DNA of 62,567 nucleotides from a virus. The first letter of the stretch is position 1. Each line of letters begins with the position of its first letter. A program made the position numbers and the translations under genes. Positions 48,678-55,747 of the stretch are shown in pieces. The stretch is taken from IMG/VR virus record IMGVR_UViG_3300045988_155882; one strand, written 5' to 3'. The notes beneath the pieces were generated by a model that was given only the letters and a program-made list of their open reading frames with translations, did no database searches and had not been told where the DNA came from.

Positions 48678-48773
48678 ATTTGCATACAATTTACATAATA
48701 AGACTTGTATTCAGCCCTTATTCAAAAATACTTCAACTTATCAAGATTCTAATTCTTGAGTATAATTTACATA
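48678..48773. repeat. Arm-type repeats ATTT(G/A)CATA on the other side of the core
   Basis: 48678-48686, 48689-48697, 48765-48773. Confidence 0.5.
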
Positions 48774-48941
48774 ATCATCCTGAGGGTGGCTGAAATGAAA
48801 CAACACGAATCATCAACAATTTTTCCGTATTCAGCAATTTCGCGCAATGAAAGATACTTAACTTCACTTCTCAACATCCATCCCAATCTGTCACCTTTGG
48901 ACTTCATACAACGCCGATGCTTTGCAAAAGCTTTCATTTTC

Positions 48942-49406
48942 TTATTTTCTTCCATGGTTATATATATCACCGAATTTAGTCTCTATGAAAAATATATAGA
49001 AAAGCTTACCTCTTTGAAGTCCAACGAAAGACCTATTATCCCCTGAAGCACGAAACGCATGAAGGTCGACTTCCCTTGTTACAAAAGAAGGCAATTTATC
49101 TTTCGGCTTAATGTCATTGTACGGAATAGGCTCCATGCCATATGAATGTCTATGTGACAACCGTATTCCATCCCATCCAAGCTCACACAATTTTTGAAGT
49201 CTTAATATAAAGCTAAGAAGGAACGAATGGTCTTTACAGTCTTTTATAGACTCATCCGATAGGTATTTAAAAGAGAACAAGGGATGGTTTATTTCAGATA
49301 AATCACTTATTTCCCCTACGCTAATCTTATTGGAGTTTATAATACTCTGTATAAAAGAAAGCCCATCATCGTTTTCTTTTTTATTGTTTTTGCCCTTTCT
49401 TCTCAT
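48942..49406 (-). CDS. unknown protein, candidate toxin partner of the Panacea-domain gene (154 aa)
   Basis: ATGA-type overlap with upstream DUF4065 gene; no family recognised. Confidence 0.55.
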   Translation of the reverse strand: MRRKGKNNKKENDDGLSFIQSIINSNKISVGEISDLSEINHPLFSFKYLSDESIKDCKDHSFLLSFILRLQKLCELGWDGIRLSHRHSYGMEPIPYNDIKPKDKLPSFVTREVDLHAFRASGDNRSFVGLQRGKLFYIFFIETKFGDIYNHGRK

Positions 49407-49852
49407 TTCTTCAACCTGGTTTTAAAGAATGTCTTAATCTTAACCTTTGTTATCACATTCCCTTCTCCGGTTTTAGTGCTTTTCCACGGATGTTCGTTAT
49501 GGGTCATATTCATAAGCCCAAGTGCAGAATATACTCCATACACCTTAAATACTTCATTGAATAACGCTTCTTCTTTTTTGTTTTCAAATTCAAATTCAAA
49601 TTCAGAATCTAAATGAATGCCATTTTTACCGTTACTCTTATATTCATCATATACAGAAGGTACTACTGGACCGTACATCCATGCTTCGATTTCTTCATCA
49701 AACAATGGAGTCCCAAAATAGGCTAAATGAAAACCTTGCTGATAGTACAACATCTTTTGGAGCTTCATGTTTGTCATAAACTCTTCTCCGCAACTAACTT
49801 GTTCTGCTTTCTTTATAAGAACCTTTGCTATATCTGATGCCTTGTATGCCAT
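49403..49852 (-). CDS. DUF4065 / Panacea-domain (SocA/PanA-like) antitoxin
   Basis: MKLQKMLYYQQGFHLAYFGTPLFDEEIEAWMYGPVVPSVYDEYK pattern. Confidence 0.75.
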   Translation of the reverse strand: MAYKASDIAKVLIKKAEQVSCGEEFMTNMKLQKMLYYQQGFHLAYFGTPLFDEEIEAWMYGPVVPSVYDEYKSNGKNGIHLDSEFEFEFENKKEEALFNEVFKVYGVYSALGLMNMTHNEHPWKSTKTGEGNVITKVKIKTFFKTRLKK

Positions 49853-50031
49853 AATACGTTTTTATTACATTTATATAGGAACGAACGACATGTTTTAAGC
49901 ACAACACCATTAACAACGCCATGAGCATTGTTGACAACATTACAGTTACATTATAGCTTTGGTATTATACTTCATAATACAATATTTCGCTACAAAATAA
50001 GACATAAATAAGGATGTAACCAAAACATGAG

Positions 50032-50066
50032 ACGGATTTATTTGTAATTTAGACTGATTATAAATA
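50032..50066. repeat. Repeat A' (copy of 35482-35516)
   Basis: 31/35 identity. Confidence 0.8.
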
Positions 50067-50070
50067 ACAA

Positions 50071-50112
50071 CGTTTACGTTATGATACCCCGCCAGTAATA
50101 CGGCTGGCGGGG
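50071..50112. repeat. Repeat B' (copy of 37660-37700) with perfect 9-bp GC hairpin
   Basis: CCCCGCCAG-TAATACGG-CTGGCGGGG; only 4 nt separate A' and B'. Confidence 0.8.
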
Positions 50113-50179
50113 TAAATAAACTATTTGTTTATTCTATTTTACATAAACCAAATGATGAAGCACATTTCCGCTTTTTGTA

Positions 50180-50359
50180 TCAACTTCCGCCAACCTGACT
50201 GCCTAAAATCTTCATATTATAAATTTTCTTTTCCTTTACCTTTCCGCCTTTCAGTATTGCGACTTCTTGTCTCAGTTGTACAACTTCTTTAAGTAATTTT
50301 TCATACGCTTCTGCAAGACGGAGCATGTGCTTCATCATTAGATTTACATTTTCATTCAT
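50180..50359 (-). CDS. small coiled-coil protein (59 aa), paralog of 37742..37921
   Basis: ATG ORF just below the 60-aa track threshold; clear similarity to the other copy. Confidence 0.5.
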   Translation of the reverse strand: MNENVNLMMKHMLRLAEAYEKLLKEVVQLRQEVAILKGGKVKEKKIYNMKILGSQVGGS

Positions 50360-50458
50360 TATATTTCAAATTAATAAATTGTGTCTTGTCGAAATAAAAT
50401 ATCAACAAATTTTATATTGAAAAGGTTTTATTTCAAAACATGTTTGTAAACATATATA

Positions 50459-50890
50459 TTAAACAGCCTTTCTTCTCACACTGAATAGGTCTTGTATTTC
50501 TTCCACAGATTTGTTCAGAGCGTTAAATCGCCTTTGTAAATCCTCAAATTGCGCTTCATACATGACTACTGTCGTTTCATACATTCGCTTCCAGTATTCA
50601 GCAGTTTCCGGGGATGGCAAATCTTCTACATCTTTTTCAGACAAAGACGAATGTGAAGTTTCATTGTCAAGGAACATTGGACCTTTGCCGGTGAGGATGT
50701 AGTTGGCGTTGACTTGGGGGTAGGCTTCGCAAAAAGGCATTAGTATCTTAACTGATACCTCTTCTGTTTGTCCTTGCCTTAATTTGTACATCATATTTTT
50801 GGATATATTCTCTATGCCAGTATATACCTTATAGTCATTTAATCCGAGACTATCCATTACTTCATGAAACCTATCTTTTGCAGTTTTCAT
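50459..50890 (-). CDS. XRE/cI-like HTH repressor (143 aa)
   Basis: MKTAKDRFHEVMDSLGLNDYKVYTGIENISKNMMYKLRQGQ...ILMPFCEAYPQVNANYILTGKGPMF; start moved to ATG 50890. Confidence 0.7.
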   Translation of the reverse strand: MKTAKDRFHEVMDSLGLNDYKVYTGIENISKNMMYKLRQGQTEEVSVKILMPFCEAYPQVNANYILTGKGPMFLDNETSHSSLSEKDVEDLPSPETAEYWKRMYETTVVMYEAQFEDLQRRFNALNKSVEEIQDLFSVRRKAV

Positions 50891-50916
50891 AAAAAAATCT
50901 CCCATTATTTTTGATG

Positions 50917-50940
50917 GTATCATAAAAGATACTATCTTTG
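50917..50940 (+). promoter_or_regulatory. Operator GTATC-N6-GATAC (50917-50932) abutting -7 box TATCTTTG (50933-50940)
   Basis: Perfect 5+5 palindrome; the same arrangement recurs at 53178-53202. Confidence 0.55.
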
Positions 50941-50943
50941 CAC

Positions 50944-51049
50944 CCGTTGCAAGTAGAGAGGCAACAGACACATGATTAAACAATCGCCCTAACGTGGGCT
51001 TTTCTATATGGAAATCCGTTGCCTCTCTACTTTAGCAACGGATTTTTTA
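50944..51049 (+). ncRNA. Candidate ~100-nt small RNA: 22-bp long-range stem ending in a T-run terminator
   Basis: CCGTTGCAAGTAGAGAGGCAAC (50944-50965) complementary to 51018-51041; local hairpin 51012-51045 plus T6. Confidence 0.45.
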
Positions 51050-51059
51050 TTTTATAAAG

Positions 51060-51410
51060 TACAATCGGTTATTGTTTCCGCTTTACGAGCTACTGCGGAG
51101 GGCTATCGGGGAAAATACGTTCGACCAATAACAGATTTAAAACAACCTTCCGAAGCTTCACGGTGAAAGCCCGTGAGGGGATGCACGAAAGAAGGCAGTC
51201 GATTGAAATAAGCAGACTGGTGCGCAGGTGCAGGTTACGAGATAACCAACTCTGTAAAAGCTGAAAGCCGAGATTGGAAGCACCCAATTCAGAGCCGAGA
51301 CGAAAAAGCCGAGATGACGGGCTCATTCTCTTGAATTATCCCCAAAACCGTAAGAGAGAAAAACACTCTCTACGGGTAAGGGGATGATTCACTCAATTCC
51401 CCTACCTCAA
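51060..51410 (+). ncRNA. Candidate large structured RNA (~350 nt) upstream of RNase HI
   Basis: Visibly more G+C-rich than the flanking AT-rich spacers, many nested helices, four GAAA loops, three AGCCGAGA boxes (51266, 51293, 51307); no credible ORF. Confidence 0.45.
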
Positions 51411-51500
51411 ATCAAAGCAGGTTATTATTTATTAAGTTATATAACTTATTATAAACTATATATTCATTATAACTATAAACTTAATATTAATATAATTACA

Positions 51501-51962
51501 ATGGAAAAAGTAAGTCTTAAATATGAAGCATATACAGACGGTAGTTGCGATAATCTTTCTCCTTATGGAGAAGGCGGGTCTGCTTATATAATACTTAAAG
51601 ACGGTATAATAATAAAAGAATCCAAAAAAGGATTCGTTGGCACTACGAACAACCGTATGGAAATGCTTGCAATAATAAGTGCCGTAAAATCCGTTCCAAA
51701 AGGGGCTACATTAACCGTGTATACAGATTCTCAATATTGTATAACGAGCTTTACGAACTGCAAGAAACCCAAAAAGAACTTAGACTTAATAAACCTCTAT
51801 CATCATTGCGCCGCATCACTCCATGAGATATGTTTTGTTTGGGTAAAGGGACACAGCGGCAATGAATACAACGAGCACGTTGACTCTTTAGCCTATTCTG
51901 CGTATGAGGAGATTATAAACAAATACAATCTCCCTAAAACAAGAGTAGGAAAAGGACGATGA
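51501..51962 (+). CDS. rnhA: RNase HI
   Basis: YTDGSC...TNNRMEMLAI...VYTDSQY...WVKGHSGNEYNEHVDSLA (D-E-D-D pattern); start moved to ATG 51501. Confidence 0.8.
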   Translation: MEKVSLKYEAYTDGSCDNLSPYGEGGSAYIILKDGIIIKESKKGFVGTTNNRMEMLAIISAVKSVPKGATLTVYTDSQYCITSFTNCKKPKKNLDLINLYHHCAASLHEICFVWVKGHSGNEYNEHVDSLAYSAYEEIINKYNLPKTRVGKGR

Positions 51963-52221
51963 ATATTTAAAGGGGCAGCAATGGTCTGCCACCCCTTTGG
52001 GTCTTAACCTCTGCGAACCCTAATTACAGTCCGCCGGATTTTAATCCTGGTTGTGGTTTTGACCCTTACAGTAATTCTTGCCATAAGCGTTAATTATAAT
52101 GTTAAACATTGGATAATCTCAGCCTTATCCGTCAGGCGATTTCCTTTCTCATGTTATGGCAACAGATTATAGAAATCGGGCAAGTATTACTGTTTTATAT
52201 CAATTAATAAATTATATAGCA

Positions 52222-52407
52222 ATGAAGAAAATAACAAAGATTGAGATTATAATGTCAGTAGATGAAGATGCCGATTTGTATTCAAGAGATATAACTTTAA
52301 ACGGGGAAAAAGTTTTTCACGATGAGTTCAAAAAAAATCTCTTAAATACAAAAGACTTTATTCACGTTTTTACCGACAAACTAATTAGCGGCATTGAAAA
52401 TGATTAA
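52222..52407 (+). CDS. hypothetical protein (61 aa)
   Basis: ATG 52222 within track ORF 52156..52407. Confidence 0.4.
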   Translation: MKKITKIEIIMSVDEDADLYSRDITLNGEKVFHDEFKKNLLNTKDFIHVFTDKLISGIEND

Positions 52408-52461
52408 ATACAGCTATTTTCACTATATTAACCGATTGTACAACATTTCAAAGAACGAATT

Positions 52462-52773
52462 ATGAAAAATGAACCTAATTACACAATTACAATTTCCCGT
52501 AGATACGTTGAGGGAAAAAACAGCCTTAATGTAGAGAGAACCGTTACAAACGCCGAAGACGGTGAAGTAATATTTCATTCACTGCATGAAATTAGCAGCG
52601 ACAGTGAAAAAGAATCACCTATTACGTTTCTTGAAAAACATTTAGGGCTGTACCCTCCCGAAAGCAAAAGCCAATGCAGATGTAATAGATGCCGCAATTT
52701 CAGTGATGGTTTTTACTTTCTCCGAAACGGGTGGCTCCACCGCATTCTTAAGATTTTCAAGTTCAAGTTTTAA
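52462..52773 (+). CDS. hypothetical protein (103 aa; 3' end overlaps a convergent gene, true stop uncertain)
   Basis: ORF track. Confidence 0.4.
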   Translation: MKNEPNYTITISRRYVEGKNSLNVERTVTNAEDGEVIFHSLHEISSDSEKESPITFLEKHLGLYPPESKSQCRCNRCRNFSDGFYFLRNGWLHRILKIFKFKF

Positions 52774-53094
52774 TCTTTCCAAATCATTTGAAAGCATTTG
52801 GTCTTGCATCTTAAATCCCCCATAGCGGTAGAATGTATCCAATTTTGAATTAAGATATATTTTACCGCCATTCTTATAACCTTCAATTTTAAGCATCCCC
52901 ATATCTTCAAGTTCAATCATCACTTTTTCAAATTGCACCATACTGATATTAAGGTCTGGGACATTTTTATATTCAAAATAAAAACCATTTCCCTCTTTAT
53001 TAAGAAGTTCATACAGGATTTTATCCTTTTCCTCCGGCATTATTACCTTAGAATACTCCTTTCTCCCCTTCGATGCTGTTCTAAACTCAACCAT
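52642..53094 (-). CDS. hypothetical protein (150 aa), possible regulator divergent from the early operon
   Basis: ORF track; position next to the operator pair. Confidence 0.55.
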   Translation of the reverse strand: MVEFRTASKGRKEYSKVIMPEEKDKILYELLNKEGNGFYFEYKNVPDLNISMVQFEKVMIELEDMGMLKIEGYKNGGKIYLNSKLDTFYRYGGFKMQDQMLSNDLERLKLELENLKNAVEPPVSEKVKTITEIAASITSALAFAFGRVQP

Positions 53095-53148
53095 AGCAAT
53101 ATATTAATCAGAGTTTTACTAAAAATATGTTTTATAACATACAAAATA

Positions 53149-53193
53149 GTATCAAAAAAGATACTATTATTTTTGTAGTATCTAAAAAGATAC
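53149..53193. promoter_or_regulatory. Two operators GTATC-N6-GATAC (53149-53164, 53178-53193)
   Basis: Perfect palindromic half-sites, 29-bp centre-to-centre. Confidence 0.55.
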
Positions 53194-53194
53194 C

Positions 53195-53202
53195 TACCTT
53201 TG
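53195..53202 (+). promoter_or_regulatory. -7 box TACCTTTG, early rightward promoter
   Basis: TAnnTTTG directly after the operator; followed by hairpin GTTGTT-AATC-AACAAC. Confidence 0.5.
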
Positions 53203-53242
53203 CACTGTTGTTAATCAACAACGTTATTTTTTAAAGTAAATA

Positions 53243-53250
53243 CAAAGATA
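53243..53250 (-). promoter_or_regulatory. -7 box TATCTTTG on minus strand, face-to-face with the 53195 promoter
   Basis: Plus strand CAAAGATA. Confidence 0.4.
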
Positions 53251-53274
53251 AGAAAATAAATAAAGAAAGCAAAT

Positions 53275-53586
53275 ATGAAGTACGATTTATCAGACATAAT
53301 GGAAAAGGCTCACAACTTCTACAAGACCGGAAAATACACCTGGTCTGAAAGCTTGAAAAAGTCATGGAAGATGGCAAAGTTTTCTGTCCGCGTAAAAGAG
53401 GAAATATCCAATATGGTAGACTATAAGTCTGCTGACGACAAAGCGTTCACTAATAGATTAAGAAAGGAGAATGAAGGCTATAAGCCGGCAAAAAGAAGCG
53501 CCTATGATAATTTCAATGCTCCGGCTTCCGTCTATTATACTTCTAACAACAGAGGGCGTTTTGGCTCTTGTTTCGTGGGTGATTAA
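53275..53586 (+). CDS. hypothetical protein (103 aa)
   Basis: ORF track. Confidence 0.55.
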   Translation: MKYDLSDIMEKAHNFYKTGKYTWSESLKKSWKMAKFSVRVKEEISNMVDYKSADDKAFTNRLRKENEGYKPAKRSAYDNFNAPASVYYTSNNRGRFGSCFVGD

Positions 53587-53604
53587 TACAATTAGCACAT
53601 AAAT

Positions 53605-53811
53605 ATGAATGACATCAAGACAATAGCAGTAAAGAAAATATCTCCATCCGACACATTAAAAAGTATAAAAGTCGGTGACACAGTAATTATAAAGGACAAG
53701 CATATAAAACCCAATGTAGCCCGATCTACCATGTCCAGACTATCTAAAAACGGATATAGCTTTTATTCGACAAGCTGCCCTGAAGGGTTGATAGTAAAAC
53801 GACTTAAATAA
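53605..53811 (+). CDS. hypothetical protein (68 aa)
   Basis: ORF track. Confidence 0.5.
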   Translation: MNDIKTIAVKKISPSDTLKSIKVGDTVIIKDKHIKPNVARSTMSRLSKNGYSFYSTSCPEGLIVKRLK

Positions 53812-53818
53812 TATCATT

Positions 53819-54052
53819 ATGAATATCAACAGAATATCAAAACAGACAGCCATGTTTGCAATAGGATTTATCGGCTTCTTATTCCTTCTCGGCATCGCAG
53901 GTAAATCAGATTATAATCAGGAAGTCATATACAACATGACGGAAACGGCTTACAATGTTATTGTAGATTCTCTCGGCGAAGGTTGTAGCGATACTCAAAT
54001 CGTAAAGACTTATTTAAATAACAAAGAATATTACGACAGTCTAAGTTGGTAG
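53819..54052 (+). CDS. small membrane protein (77 aa)
   Basis: ORF track; one TM segment. Confidence 0.5.
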   Translation: MNINRISKQTAMFAIGFIGFLFLLGIAGKSDYNQEVIYNMTETAYNVIVDSLGEGCSDTQIVKTYLNNKEYYDSLSW

Positions 54053-54055
54053 GTT

Positions 54056-54268
54056 ATGGGAAGAACGAAATCTGTAGGAAAGGTAGAGCCGGTCAACAAA
54101 CTATGGCTTTCCGCTAAGGAAGCAATGGCATACTTAGGATGCAGTGATAAACTGTTGGAAAAACTAAGGAACAATGCTGAAATATCATTTTCCCAATATA
54201 ACAAACGTACCATTTGGTACGACTTGAAAAGCATTGAAAGGTTTATAGAAAGAAACCGCGTTGTGTGA
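54056..54268 (+). CDS. excisionase-like helix-turn-helix protein
   Basis: WLSAKEAMAYLGCSDKLLEKLRNNAEISFSQYNKRTIWYDLKSIERFI pattern. Confidence 0.6.
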   Translation: MGRTKSVGKVEPVNKLWLSAKEAMAYLGCSDKLLEKLRNNAEISFSQYNKRTIWYDLKSIERFIERNRVV

Positions 54269-54278
54269 ACAACGCTCC

Positions 54279-54388
54279 TTCCTCTTAGCTCAGCCAGGCA
54301 GAGCATCGCTATGGTTACTTGTTCGAAGGTTTAGTATCCGGTAATTTCCGGTTAGCGAAGGTCGCACGTTCGAGTCGTGCAGAGGGAG
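54279..54388 (+). tRNA. tRNA-derived gene with a 43-nt insert in place of the 7-nt anticodon loop
   Basis: TTCCTCT/AGAGGGA acceptor, GCTC-AGCCAGGCA-GAGC D-arm, TCGCT/AGCGA anticodon stem, AGGTC variable loop, GCACG-TTCGAGT-CGTGC T-arm; the loop holds two hairpins (54317-54330, 54338-54351). Confidence 0.6.
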
Positions 54389-54399
54389 CAAAATACATA

Positions 54400-54770
54400 G
54401 TTCTTTGACGTATTGAATGTGAAATAAGGTTTAAGTATTTGATATTTAGACTTATTTCAATATAACCGAGGATTACGGATAGCGGAAACGCGGGGACTCC
54501 GTATAGGCTTGGTTATCGTGATTGTCTCTTCGCACCGAAATGTCCTACGGTAGAGAGTATGCGGTTTGGGCGCCCGTATCGCAGGAGACAAAGGTCATAA
54601 AGACAACATAAGCGTCCGATACAGTCTTAAATCGGTATAAAGTATGCGGTGGTAATGAAAGGCGCCCGTACACGCTTATTATATATACTCCCTTCCCGTC
54701 AAATTCGGGCACGCTGAAAGCTAAACACGTATTGTTGCGTTGAAGGGAGCCAATATTTATTAATCTTTAA
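54400..54770 (+). ncRNA. Candidate structured RNA / long leader (~370 nt)
   Basis: Perfect 8-9-bp helices (54608-15/54672-79; 54688-95/54742-49), GAAA loop, duplicated GTATGCGGT..GGCGCCCGTA motif; no ORF. Confidence 0.45.
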
Positions 54771-54782
54771 ATATATAGAATT

Positions 54783-55073
54783 ATGATTGGGAAAAAAGTA
54801 ATTATTAGAGCAGACAGAGCGGGCGTATTTTACGGAGTATTGAAAGAAAAAAATGGTAGTGAGGTTACATTGAAAGACTGCCGAAGATTGTGGTGTTGGT
54901 ATGGGGCTGCATCTATCAGCCAATTAGCTGTTGAGGGAACGAAAAGACCTAATGATTGTAAATTTACATTAGTTGTACCGATAATCTCTATTTTGGGGGT
55001 TATAGAAATAATTCCTTGTACAGATGAAGCGATAAAATCCATTGAGGAGGTAGACGTATGGAAGAACAGATAA
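54783..55073 (+). CDS. hypothetical protein (96 aa)
   Basis: ORF track. Confidence 0.6.
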   Translation: MIGKKVIIRADRAGVFYGVLKEKNGSEVTLKDCRRLWCWYGAASISQLAVEGTKRPNDCKFTLVVPIISILGVIEIIPCTDEAIKSIEEVDVWKNR

Positions 55074-55747
55074 AGCTATTTCTTAGCTCTGGCTCTGGCT
55101 ATGGCTCTGGCTATGGCTCTGGCTATGGCGATGGCTCTGGCTATGGCTCTGGCTATGGCTCTGGCTCTGGCTATGGCGATGGCTCTGGCTATGGCTCTGG
55201 CTATGGCGATGGCGATGGCTCTGGCTATGGCTATGGCGATGGCTCTGGCGATGGCTCTGGCGATGGCGATGGCTCTGGCTCTGGCTATGGCGATGGAATT
55301 AAAACATTCAATGGCGACAAAGCATATATCATTGATGATATTCCTACAATTATCAAGCATATTCATGACAATGTAGCTAAAGGATATATACTGAACGATG
55401 ACTTTACATTGACTAAAACATTTGTTGCAAAAGAGAATGGGAAATTCGCTCATGGAGAAACATTGCACGATGCGTTTGCTTCGCTTCAAGAAAAATTGTA
55501 TGACGATTCAACCGAGGAGGAAAGGATAGAAGCTTTTAAAAAGCATTTTCCAGACTTTACTAAAAAGGTATCGGCTAAAGAATTGTTCCATTGGCATCAT
55601 GTGCTGACCGGTTCGTGCAAGCAAGGAAGGCTGTCATTCTGTGCCAATAAGGGAATAGACATTGACAATGATACTTATACCGTACATGAGTTTATAGAAT
55701 TAACTCAATATTCTTATGGCGGTGATATAATCAGAAAATTGAAGTAA
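55058..55747 (+). CDS. protein with N-terminal (G/S)Y(G/S)/GD low-complexity repeat and globular C-terminal domain (229 aa)
   Basis: GSGYGSGYGSGYGDGSGYG... about 70 aa, then a non-repetitive 150 aa. Confidence 0.65.
   Translation: MEEQIKLFLSSGSGYGSGYGSGYGDGSGYGSGYGSGSGYGDGSGYGSGYGDGDGSGYGYGDGSGDGSGDGDGSGSGYGDGIKTFNGDKAYIIDDIPTIIKHIHDNVAKGYILNDDFTLTKTFVAKENGKFAHGETLHDAFASLQEKLYDDSTEEERIEAFKKHFPDFTKKVSAKELFHWHHVLTGSCKQGRLSFCANKGIDIDNDTYTVHEFIELTQYSYGGDIIRKLK
55086..55298. repeat. Tandem GGCTCTGGCTAT/GGCGAT repeats (coding)
   Basis: Direct reading; open in several frames and on both strands. Confidence 0.9.

Noticed and set aside
51060-51410. Group I or group II intron
   Set aside because: There are superficial matches only (TTCAGAG resembling the group I R element, one GTGCG, GAGCC...GGCTC resembling domain V). 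I could not build a P7 or domain V pairing, there is no interrupted host gene, and it is too short for group II.
53207-53230. Intrinsic terminator directly after the early promoter (GTTGTT-AATC-AACAAC plus T-run)
   Set aside because: The stem is only 6 bp and AT-rich. It may be a regulatory hairpin, but the evidence is too weak to call it a feature.
54311-54353. TAA-suppressor tRNA that would explain the in-frame TAA at 12879
   Set aside because: No 7-nt loop with a central TTA and U33/purine-37 context could be drawn in any of the three tRNA-like genes. All large genes terminate normally.
55086-55298. CRISPR array
   Set aside because: The repeat units are 6-18 nt, contiguous and without spacers, and they lie inside a coding frame. 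No other CRISPR-like array was seen in the window.
55076-55489. 137-aa minus-strand ORF (ARAIAIARAIA...) and 91-aa plus ORF 55101..55376 (ALAMALAM...)
   Set aside because: Both are alternative readings of the GGCTCTGGCTAT tandem repeat. Only the GSGYG frame continues into a normal protein domain with a plausible start.
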